A stretch of DNA of 64,000 nucleotides, from positions 247,679 through 311,678 of the forward strand of contig NMRA01000236.1 in NCBI GenBank assembly GCA_002633005.1, in the 5' to 3' direction. Positions 11,490 through 23,657 of this stretch are shown here, in pieces. The position numbers and the translations under genes are program-made. The number at the start of each line of letters is the position of its first letter. Position 1 is the first letter of the stretch. The notes under the pieces are model-generated. The model was not told the DNA's origin and made no database searches. It saw only the letters and a list, made by a program, of their open reading frames with translations. The stretch comes from Phoronis australis (Eukaryota; Animalia; Phoronida).

Positions 11490-12998
11490 TACAGTGCAGT
11501 TGTGCTTATATTTTATGAAGCTGAAAGGATTACTGATAACGCTTGCGAATTGTCATTTTCCTGTTGACCTATAGAAATGTGCAGCGATCAAAATGAAGTA
11601 TTACCTTTGTTTGCATTTGATTTGTAAGTGTGTGTAATTGATTTTAGAGCTTTCTTAAGAAGGGCTTTGAACTGCTTTAAGTTTTGTGTTAACTTGTCTA
11701 CAACAAAATTTCCAAATGCAAGAAAAGTATGTTTTCAACTGTAGCTAGCTGGATAAGAATCTGCTATGCACAAGATTCGAGAATAAACAATTATCAGTGT
11801 ATTTAAAAACAAAATGGCAAACTGAATAACCACATACATACAAAGAAACAACATTGTTAAAAACAGTTGTAAATTTCCCAATGCAACGGAGACCATAATT
11901 AGACATATCAAGGGCTGACTTTCTGAATTAGGCTCAATTCTCTCAGGTTAATGCTGAAGGATTGCTTTTCACTAGATAGATGGTCAGGCGGCTGGTTTCA
12001 GTCGTTTTCTCTCACCTGTAACACAACAGAGAATGTTAGCAAATTATAAAAGAAAACACAAGACAAAACTACTTTTGTAAGGCATAACATACTTGACGTT
12101 TCATCTTAATGTTTATATGTAAAAACTAATAATTTTTGTATCCAAGTCTTATTTAAGATCTGAATTAAAATATGTGAAATAGGATAAAAGTGATTTAAAA
12201 ATGTGTATTTTTCATGACACCTATAATGTGCTTCTAATCTCAACAAATAAAATTCATTTCAGGTGTCAATGTTTATTCCAATGCAACGTTACGACATTTA
12301 CTGAATAGCTTATTCATGTTTTAAAATTCCATAACTGATCTGGTAGTCCTGGGGATGGGGTCCCTTATAAAATAAGGAAAATCACTCATCTAGAGAATTT
12401 TATTGGACATAGCACAGTTTTGAAGAGAAACTGCTGTGAAAATGTCACCCTTTACTTCTGAGTGTCACGTACCATACACCTCTTATGTTGGGCGCACTCC
12501 CACCTAGGACAATATGTGAATATGTGCTGCTAGCCTACCCGGCATCCGAGTCCCGGGTGAGTTTCCGAAAAGAAACACTTAGTTCCACTCAATAAACCCG
12601 TTATTCAGTGGGGTAACTGATGGGGAAAACATCACCGAACGATATCGATAGAAACTGGTTGCTAAAAACTTACCAAGTAACGTTACAGTATGTAGTCTCG
12701 CAATGGAAATGCATAGAGCACACACGGGGCTTCGGCATCCACACACTTTTTGTCTGTTGGTTGACCCTTTTGACCGCAATTCTTCACGAATGTAGTAATC
12801 TTAGGTCTTTTGGGAACTTGTGACCACCTGTCGAAGACTTGCAACAGGGATAATAGCAATAAGGCTTAGCGCGACGACGTATTTTTATAACAATTTCGTC
12901 TTTTTACCAGCAGTTTACATGCAGACAGCGACGAATGCACAATTCAATCACCACTAGTACAGCAGCGACATCGCGAGGAGAATTCTCCGAATAGCCCC
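11490..12998 (-). mobile_element. ISL2EU/Harbinger-like DNA transposon remnant with a THAP-domain pseudo-exon
   Basis: Terminus GGGGCTATTCG flanked by AT; colinear inverted copy at 51889-55390; THAP coding remnant; the left boundary is approximate. Confidence 0.7.
12700..12867 (-). pseudogene. THAP zinc-finger remnant (KPYCYYPCCKSSTGGHKFPKDLRLLHS*RIAVKRVNQQTKSVWMPKPRVCSMHF)
   Basis: C-x-x-x-x-C, FP, W (TGA here, TGG in copy 2) and VCSxHF motifs; followed by a GTAAGT donor and a downstream exon GERKRLKPAA*PSI resembling the AVPTIF box. Confidence 0.8.
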
Positions 12999-12999
12999 A

Positions 13000-13935
13000 T
13001 TACAAACGAAGTAGCCATTCAATAAAGGGTATACACGTTGAAAATTTTAATTAAAATTCTCCAGTATGCAGACGATTTCCATTGATTTCTTCAAGTTTAA
13101 AAAGTTGGACATAAATTGTCTAAAAATTTAAAAACATGTTGGGTTATTGTCTGACTTATGGTACTGCTAAATGTCAAAACGTGAGAAGGGTTATACCTAG
13201 GTCAAAAGAAAGAGTCTTGACACGCTTTATAACTTCAAGTGGATTCATGGCAAAAAATCACGAACTAGGGTGCAGTCCTTTCAGTCATAATAAACAAAAA
13301 AGGAGTTCCTATATTTTTAACTTAAAATTAAACCACTTAAAAAGTATCTTACTGTTTGCCGGGAAAAGCCACAATATGTCTTTGCCAAGCAGAATTAGTG
13401 CACTTTCGATAGTCTATGTAATGAGTAATTATCGGATGGATAGCGCAAATGGAACGAAAGAACATACAATTTAAATTGTGTTTGGCAAGATAAACCCATA
13501 AAAATTTTAAAAATGTGACTGCATATTCTCATGAAAATGATGGTTTTTCAGTTACTGATATAAATATTATGTTCAAGTAGCAAAGTGGGCTAACAGATGC
13601 TTGGGTGGAAACGACGCAGTTTTAAGTGTTTCCAAACTCTATTTTCAAAACATATGGGGGTAGTCTGATCTTCAAATCAACTTATAGTAAGTTCTTATCT
13701 CATGCAAATTTTTATATATGTTGTCACGACATTTCAACTGCTTAGGAAAACATTTTTGACTACTTACACAAGAACAAACCAATTGAGGCATCCAGACTCG
13801 ATGTGGCTTACAATACTGTAGCAATTAAAAAATTCATTAATTACCAAAATGGAGGAACTTGGAAGAATATATGTTTGTATCTACTGTATTTGCTTTACTT
13901 TGAGAAATAGAATATTAAAATCAAAATAAACATGC
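13000..13935 (+). mobile_element. Highly decayed L1/Tx1-type LINE 3' fragment
   Basis: KILQYADD RT motif at ~13055-13077, SRISALSIVYVMS thumb-region remnant, AATAAA at ~13926. Confidence 0.55.
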
Positions 13936-14921
13936 TATCGAATGTTTTTCGGTAAAATGATTTCTTGGGACAAAAATTGATGAATGTTTTGTTACTGCGG
14001 AGAGAGACCCACCCGTCCTGGACAGTTGCTCAATCCGTTCCCAAATTTAGCCCCAGCTATTGAAAACATATGACTACGCTAGTGGCGGCAAACTTCATAG
14101 TGTCGGGCTACAAAAACATACATCGAGAAAATGCTATATCGTTCATCTGAAATTCAAGATAACAATGATATGATTGCTAAAAATGTGTATTTTCTAGCTA
14201 AAGTGATGTTCCAAATATCAACTAATCGAAAGTTGCTACGACGAATATTCTTTGTAAACGAGTAAACAATTTGCCAGCCAATAGTCTGGTTCAAATACGC
14301 GTGCACTGAGGTCAGTGGTGCCGGAACGGCCACGGTGATTCGGGTAGCCTCCTAATGTAGCTATCTGCATCCCTGTAATGAGTAATAGCTGTGTGTTAGT
14401 TTTATATTCCAAGTCAGTTAAAGCAGCTATATAAATTCACCTTGTGTAAAGAAACCCGTCGAACTTTTGATAAATACGCGTACACCTATGGTTACAACGG
14501 TAACAAAGCGACATATACCGTTGGTTGCATAATGGGAGGTGTCGCTCGTAATTGACGGGCGTAAATTGCGAGGGCAAATTAGCGCGACACTTCCCTCCCA
14601 GGGACCAACGATAGATATGCTACCACGGTGCATAGCAAACGGTAGCACAATCAATTCAACTAAAGATACAGATATCCATACTGAAATATAGCGGTGGTGT
14701 GGTCGTCAAATCGACTGGTACCAACGCATTCCCGCATTATGCTCAGAGGTGGTTTAACTAGAGTTGAGTTTGAGTTGCACAACACCCTAAAACCTATCCT
14801 CGAAAATGTTTGTTGCACCACGCCAAATGCGTTGTTCAACAATAGTGACAGGGTGCGTGATTATGTGACGTATGCAACCAGGGCCAAAAGGTTAACAGCG
14901 CTTCAACGTACGTTCAAGTGC

Positions 14922-15077
14922 CAGGGCCCGGTCTCCATTCTCCGTACTCAGACTCGAATCATGCTTAAACGACATTAGATACGCTTTTTTGAGTACGACT
15001 CCAGTAAGCACGATTTTGAGTATGGAATCTCGAGTATGAGTATGAGTCTGAGTACGGAGATTGGAGACCGGGCCCTG
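14922..15077. mobile_element. Short MITE with ~34-bp TIRs (cagggcccggtctccaatctccgtactcagactc), abutting a second family member (15078-~15350)
   Basis: Visible inverted termini; the same TIR occurs at 10240 and 20410. Confidence 0.8.
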
Positions 15078-16244
15078 GGCCCGGTCTCCAATCTCCGTAC
15101 TCAGACTCGAATCATGCTCAAACTCACACTTCATACTCAACTCGAGTACAGAATCAGCATTGGTGTATTCAATGTCATACTCGAAAAATCTGTACTCGAA
15201 ATTTCGAGCACGTACTCAGTTTTCGAGTGTACTCGAACTGGAGTGTATCTCATCTATATTTCGAGTAGGATTTTGAGGAAAAATTCGGAGTCTATGCTCA
15301 AATTTCAAGTTTGGTATGGCAGTGTGCTTGAAATCGTACTCGAAAATAAATAGGAGCCAGAGAACAAAATATCGAAAGGGAACCAAGAAACACAGCAAAT
15401 CTAAAAAAATAAGTCCTCTTACCGTATCTCAGCACTTCAATTTCAGTTCAGAGATAATAGTTTTCATCTTAAATCTTCTTATTCTTCATCTTATTAACCC
15501 GCCGTATCACTGTATGTTATGGCCGCCATTCTACCTCTACAATTCCTGGCAACAGGCGCATTGTAATCCTTTGTCGGCGAGTCATAACAAGCGTAGAAAG
15601 CAGTTGAGGGAAAAGTCGTGGGAGAAGTTTGTGCTTCCCTTATTTCGGTACGTGTGTCTACGTTTTGTAAGGTTTCCAAAAGACGAGGAGGGGAGGGAAG
15701 TTAAAAAAGCTCGCTTCCCTGTCAGGTACATTTCTCATCATAACTTAGTCATCTGTAATTCCTCAATCCTCAAATGGAATTCTAGATTTTGTTTGCCGAT
15801 TTCTAAGTAGACGTCTCGTCCCGTTCACTGCCACTGGTGAACTCTGAATGCCTGCACAAGTATTGTTTTTTAACTCACGTGCCAAATGTCGACTCACTTG
15901 ATACATCCCGGTAAATTACAAAGATACAGTATCAAAGTTTGACATCAGCGTAGGCCTACACAGCAATGCCGGGTCTTATGTCAAGACTAAATTAGCAACA
16001 GAGATGTGATGTGATAAGCTGTTACAAATTTCTTAAGACATTTTCGGGACTGGGTGAGGAACTCAAGAAGCAAAGCTTAATTGTTGCCAAATGCATCAAA
16101 GAAATGCCATAAGAATATTTATTGAAACTAAAAAATGAATAACAGTTACAGAACACTCAGAATTTCATGTTATAGACATACTCTTGTAGTTGTAGCGACA
16201 GCAGACGATAATGTAGGCCTAGTTCCTGGGGTGGTCTATTCCAC

Positions 16245-19200
16245 CATAGATATTAGTAAAGAGATTCGCGACTCCGTGAAGTCTCGCGGCCTAACACAAA
16301 AGTACGTGAGCAGGATTCAAAACTTCCGGTCTCATGGCTAAGCGTATTTAGTAACGAAGGTGAACTTTAGTTTTTATTTCACGCACGTCAAGCAAATTTT
16401 TGAGTTTGAAATTAATTTGTTGTGTTTAATGCAAACTAAATCGCGTATGCGACCCATTCAAGTCGGATTATTGGTACGAAACGTGACGTGTCGGAATTAA
16501 CTTGACACGTTGTTGATCGGCCCGCTTGCTGGCACAGTTCAACACAGGAATCGAGGAGTTTGGCCCAATGAAAAGGTTGAGCTAAATGGATAATTCTTTT
16601 CACCAGTTGAATTCTCAGTCATTTACTATGAAATTTAGTTTGAATTTTGTGATTTTGTATGAATTTTGGATCGACCTAAATGCAGTTTCTCATTCGTCAC
16701 TATGTTTACAATACATAAGCCATGGTTTACTAATATATCCAAAATTCAGCAAGAGCGAAATTTTGCCATTTTTCATGATTTTCAGAAGCTCATATATATA
16801 TGATGAAAGGTGGTGAAAAATGAAAAGGATGCCATCAAAATATTTAAACTTTCTTCTTTATATTGATATCCGTTTCAACAAATGGGGGCATTCATGAATA
16901 TTTTTAAAAATCAAAGTACTGCAGCACTTGAGAAGGGGATAAATTTTCAGTAGCTAAATGGCCGTTACTGAACCGATTTTAAAGATATGTATATCCAGGA
17001 GCAGATCCAGGATTTTGTGTTAGAGGGACCAGAGCAGAATATTAGCCAGGATTTTGTCATTCAGACATTGGCACTCCCGATCTGCCAAATGGAATCTGGG
17101 GGAATTTTAGGGGGGTTTAGCCCTCTTGGCCACCCTCTAAATCCGCTATTGATGTCAAACTGCTAAAAACATCTGCCTTAAGTGTACACTTTTTTTTTGA
17201 TAAAAGTATGGGAAAATGTAGTTTTTTAAATGAATGCCTTTTCAATTTCTAACCTGGAAAAATCCTGCAAGTGTACTCTTCCAAAAAAGGTAGTCATTTT
17301 TGGGAACATTGCAGACCTTTCCAGGGTTAAAACTGAACTCAAATTTGATAGGTCAAATGGATTAAACAGAACCAGTCAAAACTTCCCTAAATTACATAAA
17401 GTGACCGAAATTGGTGAAATATTTTCATTATAACAGTACAGAATATTTTTAAAATTCAATTTAACTTCAGTTTTGGGGATAGATTCAGTCTATTTTCTTC
17501 AAAAATAATTTTGTTACATGTTTTCTACCTTGTGGTGCTGTGATCAGTTTCATTTTTAAAAAATTATATTTTGCATTAAAATAATTGTTTATTCAAGGCT
17601 GCAGTACATCAAAACCGTTTAGAATACGAGTATGCTCTTTTTGGATGGTCACTAACACAACGCCTCTCAATTCTTATATTATTTGACAGGAATGAAATTG
17701 ATTTAAATTTCGTTGAAATTTTATTGTCCAATTTAATTTTGTTTAATTAAAAATGCACATGATCATTTTTATCATATGGTGCTTAACTTAAGATTGTGAA
17801 AACATTGATCTCACTTGGGGAAAAAGAATAATTCGTATAACCTCAAAGATTTTTGAATAAATGACGAAATACTCTGAAAAAAACTAGGTTTCTGGTTTTT
17901 GCTATTTTTGAAATCATTTGTTACACCAATTTCATTTTTAGAATTGTTTTGAAATATTTTGGAACAAAAAATATTTTCACCGAACCATGGTAATTCTTCA
18001 AGTGTTTTGTCGTTTTAAAAGTGGTTTGGTGACGACATGTTGTTAACCTACATGTAAAGGACTCTATCTTGTTTTAGCAACACAGTAAGCTATGGATTCC
18101 CAAATATAGTTGTCTAAATTTTTGGGTGCCATTTGCTGAAAAAAGGCTATTTTTGCGGCTGCAAAAATTAAAAAACTCGAAAATACATTTCAAAAATATA
18201 TATAAGTGGCTAAAGCTACCATTTTAGACTATTGAAGTGTTTCTGATGAAATTTGTATTTTGCTTTGCTCTGACAGCTCTATTTTGTAACACATAGTATG
18301 CAAAGGGTGTTTTTGTATTCGTTCTCAGAAATGTATACAACACTTTATGTAATGTTGTTATGTTTTTTCCCGTTTGTTATTGTAAAAATCCCTGTGCATA
18401 TTCGTGTTGTCATTTTTCACTTACCAATTGTAAAGTAAGGCAGGGGAATCCCAGACCCCTGTTACTTACTCATTGGAACTGGGAAAATAAAAAAAAAGAA
18501 AAATGTCTATTTTGTGTGTTCTGTGCTATCTGATAACCACTAAAAATAAGGCTGACAGAACACCTTTCATAACCCGATTCTTTACCTCTCATGTCCTCTA
18601 TTTCAAATTTTGTGGTATTTTGTTTCAGTTGGTGGTTTCATTTCATGTTATAACTTATTTCTTCTGCAGGCAAAAATATAACACTTAAAACTGAATTCCC
18701 TTCACTGTGTAGAAAGTGCAAAAACTTAATTTATAAAAAATATAATATACAAGTTTCCTTTCGAACATTGAATATCTGTTGGGGTCACAAAACCCTAAAA
18801 AAAATACAGTGCCAACTGGTCCTTCCAAATTTTGACTTCTTCAAATCAATCGCTGGTTACCTCCACTACTCAATGGTGGCATTAATTCTATTGTGGCAAT
18901 TAAACATTCACGCTCAATGCGATACTGAAAATTAGCTCAGTTTTTAGTTAAAAAGCCTTAGAAGAGTCCTGGGGGAAAAGTTCACTTTCACAAAATCACG
19001 TTCCAGATACAACTCTTCGTTCCATATTACTTTATAGATATTCTTTGTATTTGTAACATTTAGAGGATGTTCAGAAGCTGAAAGATAGGAATAGACATTA
19101 GATCTTAATGAGCATGCCCACCTTCATAATCATAAGTATCACTTGCCAAGAAACTGGAGAATATGTCAACTCAGTCGACATGGAGAGCATGATGTGCTGC

Positions 19201-20194
19201 TATTGAAAATATTGAGAGTCCTTTTCGATTACATTCACGAAGCCCATTTTGAATGAGCATCAAACAGGGTCATGCTGCACTTGTTTGCGTGACATTCTTG
19301 TTACCCCCTCCATTTGTCAGTCTTTGCAGTATTTCACACCTGCTGTGTACCATTGCACATTTGATTAGCTTTTACTTTGTGGTGGTATTACTGAGTCATT
19401 TTATTTCCACTTGATGAAACAAGTATTTTTGAAATATAGTTCGTCGTCTCTTGGTCAGTTTCTTTACCAATGTTCTGACGATACGAACGGAATGGAATAA
19501 AGATTGTTAACAGCAACAAGTGTCATGTATCGAACCAATTTTGCTTAATCGTAGCTATGTTTAGAAGTTGCCTTACAGTGTACTTTTGGCCTATGATAGT
19601 AGTGACAGCAAGTTTTTGACACACAAGTTTTTGACACTCAAGTTTTGCAAATGATATGTCAATGTCAGTTAGCCTTTGGCCCTTCCCCCTGGAACAAACT
19701 GTATGTGAATTACAAATATCTATTGTGTAACATTGCTACAAACTCATTTTTGTTGGTTAATACTTGTGCTCATGATTATGAGCTGATTTGTACGGCACAA
19801 AATTTAAAAAAACATCAATACTAATTCCAACAAAAATTAGCTGGTGCGACTGCGTAAGTGTAAATGATAAATGATAAACACGGGAAAATCAGCTGAAGAC
19901 GTTTCTGGCGTTAAAAACTCATAACATGTCTGAATTATCTTGTGAATGTTTGAAATGACATGATAGAGAGTATACGCATTTTATTTTTACAAGTCTTAAA
20001 AACTCCAAAAAAATCCAGCAATTCGACTCATTACTTTACCAAATCTTGAAACGAGGGAACGACCGCTCCATAAAACCGGAAGTTTTCTATCCTGCGTGTG
20101 CAGCGCCCTCTCATCGTTAGTGCTTATGTCCCGTGGCCCGCGACATGCGCAACACGCTTTAACGGGAGTTGGCAGTCCTTATCAATAGTCTATG
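16245..20194. mobile_element. ~3.95-kb non-autonomous DNA transposon with CATAG...CTATG termini and 7-bp TSD ATTCCAC (P-superfamily-like)
   Basis: ATTCCAC at 16238-16244 and 20195-20201; imperfect TIR catagatattagtaaag/cttatcaatagtctatg; flanks rejoin colinearly with the uninterrupted copy at ~10400-10500. Confidence 0.78.
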
Positions 20195-21273
20195 ATTCCA
20201 CAATAGGGAGCGATGAATCAACACGGCTTTGCGTGATTTTGCATTTCACATCATAAAGAGTTCCATAGCAACTCGAGTATGAGTGTCAGATTTGAGTACG
20301 GTCTACTCTAGATACGCTTTTTTTGAGTACGACTCCAGTGAGCACGATTTTGAGTATGAAATCTCGAGTATGAGTACGAGTCTGAGTACGGAGATTGGAG
20401 ACCGGGCCCTGGTGAGGATTCGAGGATACTAAAGTACGGTCAATACCACTGGCAAGCATTACCTCAATTTTGTTTTCAAACCCGACCAAACAAGGAGTTT
20501 CCTGAAAAGCGGCAGCAGCCCCCAATCGAAGTCTCACGAATTACTAGACGCAGACATATCCATTTCTCAAGTCCAACTATTCGGCATGTCCGCCTCATTT
20601 TCTATCAATTTAGAATGTTACATCCTTCTATTGATCAATACGAAGCGAGAGTAGCGTTCGATAACGCTAGAACCTAGCTAAAACAGCAAGGGTTCACGAG
20701 ATTACGCAAGACATTGCTGTGTATTTTCAATGAGAGCACGGGATTTTGGCTAGATTCTTCTCTACGAGAGAAAGCCACTGAACTCTACCCAGGTTACATC
20801 ATACTTTCACAATGGTCAGGGAAAGTTGCAGAAACACCTTGTCAAAATCTAAAATAACCACTAGAGTATTCCGAGTAGAACCCTTCGGAATATCAACCCC
20901 TGTGTCATATGCACATGTGAAAAGGTTTTGTATGCACATTGATTCGATAATTTTGACAAAAACTTACCAACGAGAACTATCCAGTTAAAAACTAAAATAG
21001 GAACAAGGCAGCTAGAGATATTTTGTCGAATCCAACCGAAAATTGACTGGTTCCGGCGCACAGTCCTATACTTCAGTGTCAAGTTTCAAAGAAATCTTTT
21101 GAAAGGTTCCCTTGAGATCACCTGGGAACACTTTTGGCAAGGAATGTCTTGTCGAAAACTATAACTAAAACTAAAATGACTACTAGGTGATGTGCAAGGG
21201 CAGTCAAATCCATCTTAAAATCGTTTGGTGATGGAAAATTCTTCTCACGTGTCCATGTATTAAATTTTATTGA

Positions 21274-23657
21274 AGGAGAATGCCACCTGATTTAATTAGT
21301 CTTTTTTGCCGTCTTAATCGGTCTATATCCACATCGCCTCGCATACGGTCGACCTTACCTTGCCAAGAGGTGTCGCGTTAACCTGCGAGGAAGGTGACAA
21401 ACGACGTCAGAAGTTCATACGCAGAGTGAATGCCGCTATGTTGCGGTGCATCGTTCCCACTTGTCCGAACTAAGCAGCTGCGAGGAAAGCGGGTATATCG
21501 TTTTTTACTTCCTCGAGAGTCCGAAATGCTTAAGAAGTGGCTCATGGTAGTGAAGAATGAAATGTACGGTGTAAATAGCAAGTATGAGGCCGTGAAACAT
21601 CTACGTGTCTGTGGCCTGCAGACGTCGACAGTGCCTGACGAATGCCGGCATACCAAATAACTCTATACGTTCCGTTGTCTGAGCTTCTTCACGCCGCCTC
21701 TATAGTATTTCTTCATCACTGTATTCCTGTTCGAATTGATAGCCTGTAAAACTTAACGATCCACCTGCGAAGTCGGTACTGATGAGCTCTAGCTCGTCCT
21801 AAATCGGGATCGAGTTGCCATGTTGGCGTTTATTATGCTGAGCGTTCTTTTTCAAAATGAATTATTCTCACCCTAACCAATACTTATATAAAACTGAAAC
21901 AAATTCTGTCTCATTAGATGCAATTTGTAATGCCTTTGGAGTGTTCGTGAGTGCAAATGATTTGAGAAGCCAGCAATGAATAAATCACTGCGTTACCGCG
22001 GCTTTCGGGTGCAATAAAACTAATTGACGGGACACCGAGGCCGTGTAAGCTGATGCTAATTTAGTGTTTGCTGGCAGAAAATGTTGTGAAACAACTCGGT
22101 TTCCATTCCACGGCCAGGGGTTAGGGAAATCTTTATTTATATTTACATTACTCAAATAATGATTGTTCAATGTACCCGGAATTCGCGGCTCCCGACGAGT
22201 AAATAGATTTGCAGTTTCGTGGCTAATTCACCAACATTGTTACTGCAGACGCAATCATTCATATTGCCTGTGCATATTAAGTATTGTTTTCTGTTGTACT
22301 CATTTTCAAGTACCCCCCAGATTGTGAACTTGTCACGTGGTAGTGACATTTAAAATCGTTTTACCCGCCTGTTCCATTCATTCGTATTTCGTATTTATCT
22401 GTGTGCAGTGTATGCATGTCATTGGTTTCGTCGTCGAGATTGCAGGATTTTTTGTGATATAAGTATTGTTCTTTTGCTTATCGTTATGTTCTGGTTTGTG
22501 CAATGCATTCCCTTGTGTCCCGCGTAGTTTCAGTATTTTCGCTTTATTTACTTCGCCGTATTTCGTCGTTTGTGGTTCGTGTCGAGGGTTCGGGCGTTGT
22601 TCGCTGCGACCTCGAGATTGCAATTCACAAACCGGTCTGTTTCTAGCTCATATTATCGTAATGGTTTAGTGTGACTTGATATCTAGTTTGCGTCACGGTC
22701 TCACGGCAGAATTGTGTATGAATTAGGTTCGTTTTTGTATTTTCATATAAGATTCAGTTTATCTGATGTAGCCATTTCGTTACTTGTATATTTTCTTCGT
22801 TGATGTAAATGACGGTTTTTGTATATATTGTCAATGCCTGTGCTTGTATTATATTTCGTAGTAGTGACTCGGGGTTTTGTTTATTTCATTTTACGGGTTT
22901 GTCTATGTACTGACGGCACTCGAATAAAAGAATTAGGGTGTACGTAGAATCACCTGTGTTTCTCTCGATTGTTCGCTGACACTGCGCCAGAACAAACATA
23001 ATCACGTGGTTTGGCTAATCAGTATAATATTTTCTTGACTGGAAGTTTAGTTTCCACTGAACTTTGGCTGGTTTATGTTCGTGATGTCTGATCAGTTTCC
23101 GAGCCGCTGGCCGGGATAACGAGTCAATCCGGGCGGCCGCGACGGGCCTGACCGGGCTCCGAGCCACTGGCCAGGATAACAAGCGTTTTGTGTTTAGAAC
23201 TAAAAAATCACAAGTCTAAACATCACAGATCTAGGTTCTCCTGTCTGTATCTCTCGGAAAATACTTCGAAATTATCTCCGAACAGACCCCAAAATCCTGC
23301 TACCGGACCTTATTGGCCTGCCGAACTTTGTAGGCTACGGTGTGTCCAAATACCGTCAATAAATCCGTAAAAGCGAAATAAAACGACACGTTTTTATAAG
23401 AACTCGGTGTATTTTTAAGGGTTTTACATCGAAGTTTGATGATTTATTAGTGTTAAACGATGACTTTAAGCGATAAGGTGACACCAGTTGTGAACTGCCG
23501 AACAGACTGCGTGTGAAACCAATGGCGTCATTGGATAATTTCAACACCTCCGTCTGCCGTCAGGTGTCAGGTAACGCAACCGTACGTGCCCTTATGCAGT
23601 AGAACTACTCGACCTAAATTGATACAAATTAGGTTGTTTTTTGGGTGGCATGCTCCT
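21274..23657 (+). mobile_element. Internally deleted Kolobok-like DNA transposon, copy 1 (THAP remnant 21430-21660 +; convergent second-gene remnant starting ATG 21821 -)
   Basis: TIR aggagaatgccacc/ggtggcatgctcct, TTGA/TTAA flanks; near-identical inverted copy at 55931-57622. Confidence 0.85.
22238..22994 (+). mobile_element. Solo LTR (757 bp, TGTT...AACA, 5-bp TSD AACAT; BEL/Pao-like) nested in Kolobok copy 1
   Basis: AACAT at 22233-22237 and 22995-22999; AATAAA at ~22923; empty site present in Kolobok copy 2 (~56605-56612). Confidence 0.92.

Noticed and set aside
14922-15350. Regularly recurring gtactc/gagtac motifs suggestive of a CRISPR-like array
   Set aside because: Eukaryotic context, no constant repeat with unique spacers; these are MITE subterminal repeats
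15316-15810. 164-aa ORF
   Set aside because: No recognisable domain or splice pattern; spans repeat boundaries
19890-19920. ctgaaga...aaaac hammerhead-like core
   Set aside because: Lacks the GAAA box and supporting stems
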